From NCBI GenBank assembly GCA_040954595.2, contig CM082590.2:9326088-9390087 (forward strand): a stretch of 64,000 bases of DNA, written 5' to 3'. The translations under genes were made by a program, and so were the position numbers. The notes beneath the pieces are model-generated. The model did not search any database and was not told the DNA's origin. It saw nothing but the letters and a program-made list of their open reading frames with translations. Shown here piece by piece: positions 37,301 through 47,932 of this stretch. This stretch comes from Balanoglossus misakiensis (taxonomy: Eukaryota > Animalia > Hemichordata). Position 1 is the stretch's first letter, and every line of letters begins with the position of its first letter.

Positions 37301-39389
37301 GTATATGGTCACCTATGCAAATTTAGCTACAGTTACCATGGTAAATTGAGATCTAACCAATCACAGATTTTCAGTGGGTGGCACAAGCGAAAAAAGAGCG
37401 CCACCATAAGTTCTTTAGAACGCTCAAATACGCCATTTCATAGTAATATGTAAATTGAAGGTGACTGTATACCTTTAAGGGCAAAAGTTGTAAAATCTCC
37501 TAATTCAAGATATATTTTCCCTTCCCTCAAAAACACCTACTGTGTACAGGAAGATGATCATGAATGGGGAAATGCCACTGACCTTACCAAGTTGCCAGGG
37601 CAGACTGTCAAACTAGCCCTGGCTGCAACGCGTTGGAGACAACAATTGCAAGATATTAGAGAAGTAAGTATGGTACACTGAGAATGATTATATTTCACTT
37701 TTCCATTCTGTGTTCAATACTCTTTCATTCATTCATTCATTCGTCCCTCCGTCCGTTCGTTCGTTCATTCATCCATCTATCCATCCATCCATTCATTCAT
37801 TCATTCGTTCTTTCGATCGTTCGTTCGTTCGTTCATTCATCCTTCTATCCATCCATCCATTCATTCATTCATTCGTTCTTTCGATCGTTCGTTCGTTCGT
37901 TCATTCATCCATCCATCCGTTCGTTCGTTCGTTCATTCATTCATTCATCCATCCATCCATCCATCTGTCCATCCATCCACCCATACCCAACTGAGTAATT
38001 TTCCTTCCTTTCTTTAATTTTTCTTTATTTGTTAATTACAGAATACCGATAGTGATCAAGTTGGTGCCTTTGAAGGTTGGAAAGTGTTACTGTGTGTGGA
38101 TATCAACCGAGAGGCTGGTTTTAAAAGATTACTGCAAGCTGGTGCAGCTCAGGTTTTATGTTCCAGGTCGGTGTTCAACTTTTAGTATTGTCATTTCAAA
38201 ACACCACTTGTATTACAGTCCCTTTGCAATATGCATGTGTATTAATTAACTGTCTATAAAGGCCAGTTTACGAAAGCCCCTTGACTGGCCACTATAGACA
38301 AGTTCAACTACGTTCAATTTTTATCTTGTTCTTACTAAGAGTCCACTTCTTTTTACTGAGAAGAAATATTGTAGAAGTCTAGGACTGGTTTTCTCATTAC
38401 AAGTTCTGTTGTTTCTTCCAGACCACCATTCAGTAACATTGAGAACGCGACCCATGCATTTCTGGAGATGAACAAAATCCGAAAATCACCAGATTTAAAT
38501 GTAAGTATTCTGGCATCATTTATATAAAGGTTATTTGATCCAATTAGTTAATTTGATTGTACAAATCAATTGATTAGAATAAGTGTTGTAATATGTTTAG
38601 TAAGAGAGGAATTATTAAACAATTCATGTCTCTGAAAAAATGGTAAACTGTCCAGCCATGTGTGCAAGTATCAGTTGCCAAATTACAGTGAAACCTGGCT
38701 GTGTTTGTGGCCACCTCTATATAATGGACACCCGTCTATAGTGGCCATGTTGTTACATTCCCTGTGCAATTTACATTGTGTGTTAATAGACCTGTCTATA
38801 AAGGCCAGTTTAGGAAATTTCCTTGACTGTTCGCTATAGACAGGTTTCAACTGTAAGTGTTAACATTTGCACCGAACATTGTTATGTCTTCGTAGGTTGA
38901 TATAAGAGGCTTGGTGGATTGCAATGTGATGTGTTTAAAACCGGAATATATTGCTGAGTATTTGATGTCCGAATCTGAACCCGATGCTGACCGATATTAC
39001 ATCGCTGAAGCCAAAGCATTGATGGATTAGTGAGTGCGATCTACAATGAAAGTGGATTATTCAAAAAAGGAAAGACAAAAATGAAAAGCCACATAGACCG
39101 CAAAGAAGGCTTCAGTGATAAGAATGCATTACCCTAACAAATCACAACCCAATCTCTTCCCTCGTGTCAAGACTTTTGTGAGATGGCAACAATTTATACA
39201 ATCATTCTATCTGTCAGTTGGTAGATGGACTGATGAAAAAGTGTTGTGTTGTATTGTTATATATTGTATTGTATTGTATTGTATGCCATTGACTGTATTT
39301 TCTGTTTCAGTACAGAACCTTCCACACCAATAAAGAGAAAAGCATTCGAAGCTGCAACACCGGGATCTAAGCGGAGTCGAAGACAATAA
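11124..39389 (+). CDS. TOPBP1: DNA topoisomerase II-binding protein 1 (multi-BRCT scaffold, ATR activator), >25 exons
   Basis: Exons 11124-11195, 11329-11468 ([16 protein letters not shown]), 12263-12395 ([22 protein letters not shown]), 12809-12916 ([26 protein letters not shown]), 13382-13455, 14206-14333, 25996-26061, then further BRCT exons (DNVFLDGCK ~27590; [10 protein letters not shown] ~30450; 32674-32820). ATR-activation-domain motif [16 protein letters not shown] (~35140-35192), BRCT7/8 ([27 protein letters not shown]; [11 protein letters not shown]), last exon 39311-39389 with basic KRKA..KRSRR. An additional upstream coding exon cannot be excluded. Confidence 0.95.
11786..11878. 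mobile_element. ~93-bp TTAA-flanked MITE (piggyBac-like CCC..GGG ends), representative of ~10 copies
   Basis: TTAACCCTTTCACC...GGTGAAAGGGTTAA; related full or partial copies near 10925, 13265, 17335, 31782, 33356, 34182, 37106, 39445, 41195. Confidence 0.85.
13511..13699. mobile_element. Tc1/mariner-pogo-type MITE (TA target, CAGT ends), representative copy
   Basis: TACAGTAAAACCTGTCTAA...TTAGACAGGTTTTACTGTA; relatives at ~16487-16665, 16664-16843, 32860-33047, 38684-38855, 40740-40879. Confidence 0.82.
13700..14165. repeat. 32-bp minisatellite, ~14 copies, intronic
   Basis: Unit CAAATCTCACCTTTCTTGTCT(T/C)ACCTTTCTTG; explains the three overlapping repetitive ORFs. Confidence 0.95.
15065..20542 (-). 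CDS. Nested antisense gene: repeat region-ZU5-ZU5-UPA-like-Death domain-proline-rich tail (UNC5C-like/PIDD-like architecture), ~1331 aa
   Basis: Exons 18665-20542, 17832-18458, 17419-17544, 16948-17160, 15065-16216, all phase-0 GT-AG and open. Two ZU5 ([33 protein letters not shown]), death-fold-like [29 protein letters not shown] tail. Start uncertain (possible acceptor before 20572). Confidence 0.85.
19830..20352 (-). repeat. Coding tandem repeat: alternating 57-bp (19-aa) units forming a 114-bp higher-order repeat, ~9 units
   Basis: (R/G)FGEIHR followed alternately by [12 protein letters not shown] and S(S/R)[10 protein letters not shown]. Confidence 0.92.
21964..23211 (+). CDS. Gag/ORF1-like zinc-finger protein of DIRS/Ngaro-type element, 415 aa, intronless
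   Basis: Helical core [60 protein letters not shown]; CCHC knuckle [14 protein letters not shown]; C-terminal CNNFN..GC...C.FAH.C..C....H double finger. Confidence 0.85.
   Translation: MPARRRSRVPTAQPYVRPTTRAQSRSSATPDAVSASPSTTDLDRLVTENCATSVQGYNNEVPADRRSSPEFSDVPQGSRQEQQNNYVTTSMFTSLQDSVNNLTRLVLEQQNPGFSNNAPMTSSPVTSHPPMEQNVHTNAFQDGGRGSATNNNHSGATNDLLRSRGISSENLPHVELVSPSLRRDILAGKDVNLACLLIPGYTFNDSQRHIVIGDEALSLRPLHDTRVHRSLTIQEFILAFSVYKNVMCEVYPNRREELDAYQRDLVDMSRRFSGLAFYEYHRAFSARAAALLQNHNIKVDWSRRDTTLYCSIFSGMRAVLCNLCGSVAHATEICPQLAPGSRKSVNSISAPPQPPSQDRQGRPRVFHQDKELCNNFNSPTGCKKDNCSFAHCCSICFSGDHSKAQGNCSGKQRPT
23375..24016 (+). repeat. Tandem array (~7 units, 94-113 bp), each unit encoding two stem-loops
   Basis: ACCTGGGCTC starts at 23377, 23490, 23602, 23701, 23796, 23890, 23984; last unit partial. 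Confidence 0.93.
26420..26822. repeat. Pentanucleotide microsatellite (TGTCT/TGTGT)n
   Basis: Direct reading; source of the CLVLS/TRQDK ORFs. Confidence 0.95.
27130..27440. repeat. Degenerate (CACAT)n microsatellite
   Basis: Direct reading. Confidence 0.8.
27650..27925. repeat. Compound (GGAT)n/(GGGA)n microsatellite
   Basis: Direct reading. Confidence 0.88.
28245..28343. repeat. (TCTG)n(TCTA)n microsatellite
   Basis: Direct reading. Confidence 0.93.
29210..29505 (-). mobile_element. tRNA-derived SINE, degenerate
   Basis: Minus strand: B-box-like GATTCGAGCCC, then GTTGTGTCCTTTGAGCAAAGCACTTTAC (conserved SINE central-domain start), ending in L2-like tail GCGCTTTGAG..GCGCTATATAAG. Confidence 0.7.
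33640..33851. mobile_element. MITE with TACTGTAAAACACT termini and internal TTTTCGCG repeats
   Basis: Terminal inverted repeats; inverted copy at 42749-42958, relative at 41963-42145. Confidence 0.8.
35209..35544. mobile_element. Non-autonomous TIR element with 6-bp flanking direct repeat
   Basis: CAGAGGTGGCG...CGCAACCTCTG flanked by AATAAG on both sides; internal TTGACGCA motifs. Confidence 0.65.
36215..36494. mobile_element. TTAA-flanked MITE (Kolobok-like ends)
   Basis: TTAAGGATGTACG...CGTACATCCTTAA; a different TTAAAGGTATA...TATACCTTTAA element at ~37295-37478. Confidence 0.72.
37725..37985. repeat. Compound (TTCA)/(TTCG)/(TCCA) microsatellite
   Basis: Direct reading. Confidence 0.92.
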
Positions 39390-40137
39390 AACAAAGTTCA
39401 TCCAAAGATTTTCTGCGCCACAACGAGGACTCCAATATACACTGTTAACCCTTCCACCCCCTGTTCCCTCTATAGAGATCCAACTTTACCATAGAAAACA
39501 ATGGATTTGGACTGGACCATAGTGGTGAAAGGATTAAAAGGGATCTATGAACTTCTACCCATGGAAAGAAATGTGAAATTTGTTGTCAAAAAACTATCGC
39601 ACGTAGTTAACATTGAAATATTGCACTGTCCAGTTCTATACATGTAGTTTGTCACATTGCAGTTTTCAAAACAGTGTTGAATACTAATAATATGTTTTTC
39701 TCGAATTCTTTAACACTGCCAAGGATTTTGTAAATATTGATAGATAGATTATCACAGAACAGAAATTGTAAGATATTGTCAATTGACAGCTTTATCAAGG
39801 ACTTTATGGAATTTTTGTAGCTTAATATGATATGCAAGTTAAAAAAACAAAAAAATAATAATCACAAATTTACAATTCTCAATATTTCAACTTTTCCTCA
39901 TTCATGCTCAAATTTGTAAGGAAAATTGAATAACATGTATAATATTATGTTTATTTTTGTAATGTTTGAGTGAATTTTTTAGATATTTTGAAAAAGAACT
40001 TCTTTGAAATTCATAAGAAATATATTTGTAATAAATTTAAACTTTTTGTGTGAAAATACTTTTAGCGTATACCAGCAACGGTTTCTTTTTAAATTGTGTT
40101 TTTTTTTTCTTCTGTTCGTTGCTGACACCTGTGGCTT

Positions 40138-40428
40138 ACTTCAAAATGATTACTTATTCATACTTCGAGTCCAATTTCAAGACTTCTCCCTCAGGACTTG
40201 AACCAAACTGACCTTTAAAGTTCTTTACAGCATCAGCTAGTCGATCCTGACTGCGACCGAGTTCGGTGTCCCCATTTATATAGCGATCATCTAGCTGACC
40301 CTTTGGTTCAAGTCCCGAGGGAGAAGTCTTGAAATTGGACTGGAAGCATGAATAAGTAATAATTTTGAAGCATGCAGCAGCTAGTTGATCGCTATATAAA
40401 TGGGGACACCGAACTCGGTCGCAGTCAG
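40138..40428. promoter_or_regulatory. TATA core promoter embedded in interleaved inverted repeats X-Y-X'-Y'
   Basis: X ~40138-40208 vs X' ~40301-40371; Y ~40247-40297 vs Y' ~40378-40428. Y' contains CTATATAAAT ~30 bp before an Inr-like CAGTCAGAC, and the ATG follows at 40450. Confidence 0.75.
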
Positions 40429-40449
40429 ACTTGTGTAAAATTGGTGAAG

Positions 40450-43400
40450 ATGTTCTCTCGTAAAAATAACATATTGCTGTCTTTGTCTGTTGTTCTTCTT
40501 TTCATATTAATACTACATTCAGGTGAGGATACTTTGCTTTGTATAAAAGTTTTTGATGTTTCGGAAATATTGGGTCTTAGTGTTCCTTGAACATAATCCT
40601 TTGAACAAACCCACGCCTCTGATAATTAGATACATCATCAACGCGTTTTGGATCTACAGAAATACATGTATGTATGTACATGCTTTCTGCGCACCTCAAA
40701 CTGTTTTCAGTGCAATTTATTAGCAGTTCTATGTACCGGTACAGTCCAACCTGTGTTATTGGCCACCTCTATATAGTGGCCACAATGTGGCAATCCATGT
40801 GGAGTTAACATGTGCATTAACTGACCCGGCCAATTTAGGAAAGTCCCTGGACTGGCCACTATACACAGGTCTGACTGTATTTTATTTCCTTGCAGATTCC
40901 TGTTATTCGCAGACGGTGCACAAAATTGTTATCGAAGCGGACTGGCAGCTTGCACATAGAGAATGTTTCGATGCAGGATTTAATCTGATGCAGATCACAA
41001 GCGAATGGAAATACAACTGGTTTACGAATTACATAAAGGAAACTTCAGAGCTGTATTATCTCGACGCCAGAATTACATCACAAGGGGGTGTTGTTAAGAC
41101 AAACGATGATGTCGTCTTGGAATATACTCCTTTTGCGCCAAACCAATCACTTGAGATTGGCTTATGCATTGGTGTGATGTGAGTACATCTTTCCTTAACC
41201 CTTTCACCACTATGGTTTAGTCCAAATCCATTGTTCTCTATGGTAGAGTTGGATCTGTTTAGCGGGAAATGGGGGTGAAAGGATTAAGAGTTGAGTACTC
41301 ATGAAATTTCATTTTTTTGAGGTTCTATAGCTTCATAATAACAGAAATCACATGTACTTGCAAATTCTGTTCCATGTGCTTGAAGATAATATTGGTTCCC
41401 TGCTTGTTGAGCAATTCTGCATGATAGAATCATTGGTGTGAAAATAGGGCTGTGTTTGCATTTCTTTAAAGGGACAAAGTCTCTCTCTCGCTGCCCTTTT
41501 TTCCATTTATTATATTTGATACAAGACACCGTTTGTTATTCTACATGTGGATATATAGTGAATCAACGTTCAACCACACACAACTTCCATCCCTCTTATA
41601 GACAGGAGAGTGAAAAAACTCGCCAAAATGAATAATCGTTCTTTACCATTTATTCATTTTGGGCGAGTTTTTACTCTCATATCATACAAGTGGGATGGAA
41701 GTTTTGTGTGGTTGATCATTGATTCACTATATATCCACATTTACATTAACATAAATGGTGTCTTGTATCAAACGTAATTAATGGAAAAGGGGCAGCGAGA
41801 GAAAGACTTTGTCCCTTTAATTTTATAAACAGTGCAATAATTATCATGTGTGTGTCATCTTTTTAACAGGTGTGAAGAAATATGTCAGTGGTACACAGTC
41901 AATTGTTTTAACAAGACACAAACTGTTGTTTGTGAAGGCAAAGGTAAGCACCTTTTGACGTTTACTGTAAAACCGGTAATTATCAGGAACGATAAATTTT
42001 TGTGAACTTGGCGTAAAATAATTTTTGGAGATAACAATGCAGTTAGTGAAATATGAGAACTTGAGAATTAATCGTTGTGCATAACAGTTGCCTCTTTCGA
42101 TATCGCATAAATTTCCTGTCGAGAAAATTTCTTAGTTTTACAGTATATTTTAAGTGTGTGAATTAAAATTTATCATTCGCGAAAATTTCTAGTTTTACAG
42201 AATTTAATCAAAGGCTGAATTTTACCCTGTTTGAGTTCTCTGAATCTTGCCACTGACAGAAGTAACAATTTTTCTTCAGGCAATCTAAACTCTTTGTATA
42301 GTTATTTATTCATTATTCATTTTTGATCAGAATCGCGGGTGTTGATATCAAGTTAGAAGTTTTAATCAAAGGCTGTATTTTCTCCTGTTTGGGTTTTTGA
42401 ATGGGATCTGAATCTTGCCTCTGGCGTTAGCAGAATTTTTTTCTTAGGTCAATCTAAACTATTCATTTATTTATAGATTTCATCATTCAGGTTCGTTCAT
42501 TTGAATTGAAATGAATGGTTTTTGATCCTGAAGCAACAGTCGGATGCAAAATACTAGTATATCGTGTTACATCCCATCCCGTTCACAACTAAATGTAAAT
42601 TGAAATTCAATATACTTCTACACAAGCAATTTAAACTTACAACAAGTTCATCATCATAAAGCATGACCGCTTTATGGCAATAGTTTCTGTCTCCATTGAG
42701 CGGAGATAGATGGATCTAGTTCACAAGGATCCATTTACATATTATTATTACTGTAAAACACTTTATTTTTGTGAGCAATAAATTTTCGCGAAATACGCGA
42801 GAGCTAAAATTGCACGAAAATAAAAAGTCGTGTAAATTTTTTGAAGATAACAATGCAGTGAATGGAATAAGAGAACGCGAAAATTAATACTCGCGAAACA
42901 GTGGCCTCTCTTGATATCGCAAAAATTTCAACTCGCGAATATATAGTGTTTTACAGTATGTTGCCATTTGAAGCATGTATACAACAGAATCATATTTGAT
43001 GATTTTCAACCTTATGTCACAGCCATACCGTTTTATATTTGTACCAAACTTTTCAGGCGGGGATCTCCAGTTACTGCATGAGATATTGGTCAACAAAAGT
43101 TCCACTGAAGTAAATACCGCAGCTCTGGTAAGAGTGTATAGAATACCATACATGTATAAGCTGGAAACCTCTGTAAACCGAACACTTGTACTTTGGTGAG
43201 GTCTCTTTGTTGTCTGGTTTAGACAGGTTTTACTGTACATTGTACAAAAAACTACCAAATGATACAGTTGTTTGTTACTTTATCACAAGTCCTTTCTTAA
43301 TGCAGGGTCTCGAAATGATTGGCAACTTATCCCATTTCGCCTCCCAACTCTCTGGAACTGATATCGATTTGGAAGAAACCACTACATTTGCAGGCGGTAT

Positions 43401-45741
43401 GTGATGTTTTTATTCTTTGACGAGTACTATATGTGATGTGTCTTTGCTTATTCTTTTAGCAGACTGAATTATTCATTTGGTATTTAAGAAAATAATCAAT
43501 TCAACAAAGCTTGGGAAAATTCATTGAAGTTCCAAAGCATGGGTCTGAACATTGCCATCTTTCAGTCACATAGACGGGGTGTTTCAATAGACTGAGTTGA
43601 TCGTATGATACACCAAAACTTCACCATTTCCCACGGAACATTGTGTTTTTTTGTTATTTCAGACATGCTGAATATCGTGCAAAGAATCTTGGACACACTA
43701 CAGTCTCTGATCAGCAGCGGTCAGATCCAGAAATTGACTCGTATCGAGTCTAACAACTTGACAATGGAGGTAACCAGAATCCTCGAGTTCCTATCGATGT
43801 TTCTACTGGAGAAGACCGTCGGTGGGGATGGGCCAGTTGTCGTGGAAACCTCCTCTCTGGTTTTGAACGTGGAGAAGAATTCTGTGCAGAAGTTGTGTGA
43901 TGTCACGGAAATGCTTGGAGGAGGGGGAAGTGGATTCGAGATCCCGTCAGCAGAGAGCTTGTTTCCACGGTTGCCACCGGACACAGTTGTCAGCAGGATG
44001 GTATGTACTGTAAAAGTTATCCATAACCAGACTCCCGCTTACATTAGTGATCTTCTCCAGCCTTACACTCCCACTCGTACACTGCGTTCATCCACCAAGA
44101 AACTCTTAACATGTACAACCCTCAAAAACAAAACTTATGGTGGCTGTGCCTTCTCCTATGCTGCCCCTAAACTGTGGAACGCACTACCTCATGACATCAG
44201 GGAATCCAGTTTTTTGGCCCCCAAAAAGCACCGTGGAAAGACTCAAGTTGTTGCGTGCTTCCACAGTGCTCATGAAAATAATCAAAAAATGACAATTTTT
44301 CGACTTTGCAAATTCTCAAAATTTCGTCGATTTTTGAATAAAAATCATGGTTTATAGCTCATGAAAATCATCAAAAATTAATAATTTTTCGACTTAGAAT
44401 ATTTTCAAAAATTCTTTACTTTTGATAAAAGCACCGTGGAAATTTGACTCAAGGTGGTGCGTGCTTTTTGGGCACAGTTTTTTGGCCCCCAAAAAGCACG
44501 CACCCATTTGAGTCTTTCCACGGTGCTTTTGGGGGGCCAAAAAACTGGGCCCAAAAAGCACGCACAGTCTCGGATTTCACTGCATCGTTACCCCTGAAAA
44601 ACATTTTTTTGTGCAACTTTTTTATTTTTGGTAAATGTTTGAATTTTTGTTGTAGATGTTTTGGCTCGGTGGTAATCCCCACAACCTGACGAACAGTACA
44701 CCAAGTTTCACGACTGACATAGTGACTCTGGAATTTCGAGATGAAAATGATGATGAGATGAAAGGTGGGTTAATTTATCTTAAGCATTATCACAGGAAAT
44801 TTTTTCTTTCGAAAAGTTAGAAATACATTCATATAATTGGAATAGTGTTCACATGAACATGCAAGCCTAAAGTTAGTAATATAAATATGTCTTACAAAAA
44901 ATTGGGGTGAATCCAGTCATTCTATGAATGTAAATTTTTTTGCAGTGAAGTACACTCCTGAAGATATTGGAATCTGGCTGGGGAATTACCATGCACCATT
45001 AAATGGAAATATTTTCTTTGGGTGTAATTTGGGAATTGAAGTAGTGGCTCATTGTGAATTTCAAGTGACGGTAATCTTTGCTTAATTATTATGCATGATG
45101 AAACCTGGTGCAACTTAAATGCTGCTCATGTAAACCAGTTTTGGCAATTGATGTGAATAAGCATCGAAGCTATGTATCTCAGTATAACCATTAGCACGAA
45201 AACATCTTGTTTGATGCACTTGTGTGCTCTGTTAAGATTTTATGACAGTTACCATGGTGACATAATTCAGCCATCTTTCATTGTTGCAGGCTTTGGAGGT
45301 GTACGCAGCCTTTCAAATCACATTGGAATCATCAGTGCCCATCTTTGAGACAACCACAGCGAATATATCATCGGTGAGACTTGGCAACTTTTCTGACGAG
45401 GGTGCTTTTGGATTCACGAGAGAGTTGATATTCAATGGTTGCACTTTGTCGATATTTCTACCAGAAGAAAAGATCTCCAGGAAAGGTGTTTACTTTGTGA
45501 CATTTGATCTTGCCACTGGTGAGTTTCTCACAAGATGTTTTGGAAACCATTTTATGAATAATCAATTTTCTTCCTTATTTTGCAAGAATGCTGAATGATT
45601 TCTTTTTGAAATGTATACATTGACAATTTTGATCGATTGATTGATTGAGTGATTGATTGATTGAGTGAGTGAGTGAGAGAGTGATTGATTGATTGATTGA
45701 TTGATTTATTGGTTGATTGATTGAGTGATTGATTGATTGAG

Positions 45742-45772
<31 letters not shown>

Positions 45773-46578
45773 CAAGTCTTGTAGACATCTTTCAAAACTG
45801 CATCTATAAACCTGTATACTTTTATGACGTCGCTATAACTTATTTGAACCAAAACTGCACCCCATTCCAGAATGATGACATTGTGCTCGTATATATATTT
45901 CTATTTCAACACAGTGCACGTAGTCGACTTCACAATTATCAGTACTCAACACAGATGCAGTCATTTCGCTGACAACAATTGGCAAGATGATGGATGTAAG
46001 GTGAGATAATCTACATGCTTTCTTTAATAGCAGAAAAGATGTATTCCCTCAAGAATACATGGGTGTGTTTATTTGAAAGTACCGGTAGTATGCACCTTAA
46101 ACAATGTCTTCAACATTATCTCACATGTTGCCCAAGTTATCTATAGGGGAGGTTTGTCTTTACGGCCATCTTGGAAACATGGTGGATTGTGGGATAGCTG
46201 AAGCCTAATTGGAAGGGGGAGGGGGGGGGGGCACTTGACGTAGGAACGTGTACAGTTCAAGTGGTGTCTTCCGCGAGGGTCCCTCCTGTTCTATCCCACA
46301 ATGCACCGTGAAACAAGATGTTGGACACCCAATTTTCTTCTTTGTTTTCAGAAAGAAATTTCACACACTTTTAATACAGCAAAGTCTTGAGATGTTTAGA
46401 GGACTCTCATTTTTTCTGAAAACCTGTCCCTGGGTTTTTTTATGTGATACATTCATCACTTTTTTTACGTCCATGTGTGTGCAATATTTTTCAGGTGTCG
46501 CCCAAATCCAACATCAGTGCGACACATTGCCTGTGTAATCACCTATCTTCATTCACCGCGACGATGGAAGGATTTTAA
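40450..46578 (+). CDS. Predicted secreted C-type lectin-GAIN/GPS protein (polycystin-1-like ectodomain without membrane domain), 520 aa, 11 exons
   Basis: Phase-consistent exons 40450-40522 (signal peptide MFSRKNNILLSLSVVLLFILILHS), 40896-41178 and 41870-41943 (CTL: W..A...C......L..ITS..; WYTVNC......VCE), 43057-43127, 43306-43396, 43663-44000, 44656-44764, 44946-45070, 45290-45518, 45915-46000, 46495-46578; total 1563 nt. GPS C..F....WQDDGCKV........THCLCNHLSSF, then TATMEGF-stop; AATAAA ~47075. Confidence 0.85.
41466..41820. mobile_element. ~355-bp TTAA-flanked foldback MITE (Kolobok-like ends)
   Basis: TTAAAGGGACAAAGTCTCTCTCTCGCTGCCC...GGGCAGCGAGAGAAAGACTTTGTCCCTTTAA; near-complete copy 11876-12221, half copy ~36526-36690. 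Confidence 0.85.
44012..44208 (+). mobile_element. Fragment of L2/CR1-clade LINE ORF2 C-terminus in an intron
   Basis: Translation PAYISDLLQPYTPTRTLRSS..L......TYGGCAFSYAAPKLWNALPHDIR matches the typical end of L2-type RT ORFs. Confidence 0.8.
44208..44548. mobile_element. TIR element carrying ~2 diverged monomers of the 87/88-bp satellite family (reverse orientation)
   Basis: TTTTTGGCCCCCAAAAAGCACCGTGGAAAGACTCAA (44210-44246) is inverted at ~44508-44544; internal reverse complement reads TTTCATGAGCTATAAACCATGA....TTTGCAAAGTCGAAAAATTGTCATTTTTTG. Confidence 0.7.
45633..45772. repeat. (GATT)n/(GAGT)n microsatellite
   Basis: Direct reading. Confidence 0.93.
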
Positions 46579-47647
46579 TCCTGACCCTTTGGTGACCTGT
46601 GACGTCATGCAGTGTTAATTGCTGATAGGGATGTGATGGGTTGATGTACGAGAAATTGTGTGCAGTAAAAAGATTGATGTCAATGCAAAAGAGGATATAT
46701 ATTATCTTGTACCACTTTTAGTTGTTAAACTATGTAATATTATATCGATCATTTTATCATGTACTGATATTGATCATTTTATCTGGATAGTTTCGAAACA
46801 AAAAGACATTATATCTTTCTGTACTGTTCTGTGTTTTAGTAGAAGTGTTGGTTTTGTAACTTCATGCCATGTAAAAGCAAGACATTTTCGCAATTAAAGT
46901 GTCCCATTTGAAGGTTGAAGAAAGATATTTTTTTCAAAGAAAATGTTACCAACATGCTTTATTTTCCTGCAAAAAAGCTATCGTTTTTTTGTAGATTTTT
47001 GAGTTATAAGAATACTCAAGCAAAATCAACCAAGTTATTTACGAGAGATGTTTTATTTGTAAACCTAAGTTGTAAATAAAAGATGACTCAGTCTAATAAG
47101 CACACGTATGTTGTTCTGCGGTTATATAACAATCAAATCAAAATCACAGTTTAGACATACATTTAATTGGAATTATGGACAGAATAAATTGTTATTTCTA
47201 TCGGACTTATCCCATTGATGACTACATTGTACATGTATTAATGTTGGTGCAATTCCAAAAAGTATGCCCACAAGCAGTATAAACTGTGTAAACTTCTTCA
47301 TAATAAACTCAGAACTCGTAAATTTGGACTCTAAAATATAAAAACAGTTCAATATGACCCCCAAAGTGTCAATACTTTGCTTTATACTGGCCAGAAAATA
47401 GAATTAGTTATAACCGTAAGTTACGGTGTGAAAAAAACAAAGTAATTTTGATATGACTTGTGCAAGAGGGCGCTCGTCATAATTTGCATAGTAGGGCAGC
47501 CGTACCGTTGGCAAGGCTTTACGGCGACAATATTGAATTTGTCAATATTTGAATGATAGCAACGACTAAATTAACGCTAAACCAACATAATTTTCAAGAT
47601 TTGTTCGCACATCCACGGTTCGATTTGTTTTCAATATTTACCTTAAT

Positions 47648-47902
47648 TTGACCCCTGTTGACCTCAAATACCTCTTTTCAAAATGGCGGCGCTTGATAGT
47701 CTCGGTTACCCAGACTCCTTCGCGCGGGCTATCATACAAAATGGCGGCGCTTGACCCCTGTTGACCTCAAATACCTCTTTTCAAAATGGCGGCGCTTGAT
47801 AGTCTCGGTTACCCAGACTCCTTCGCGCGGGCTATCATACAAAATGGCGGCGCTTGACCCCTGTTGACCTCAAATACTTCTATTAATTCAAAATGGCGGC
47901 GC
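47648..47902. repeat. ~103-bp tandem duplication (2.4 copies) with five CAAAATGGCGGC YY1-type motifs
   Basis: Direct reading; the internal TAGTCTCGGTTACCCAGACTCCTTCGC recurs at ~63838. Confidence 0.85.
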
Positions 47903-47932
47903 CCATCCACCCAACTTGCACCGTGGAGGTAT

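Noticed and set aside
44001-44357. C-terminal extension of ORF 43605-44357 as part of the GAIN protein
   Set aside because: Good donor at 44000 with in-phase next exon; the extension is a LINE fragment plus MITE read through in frame
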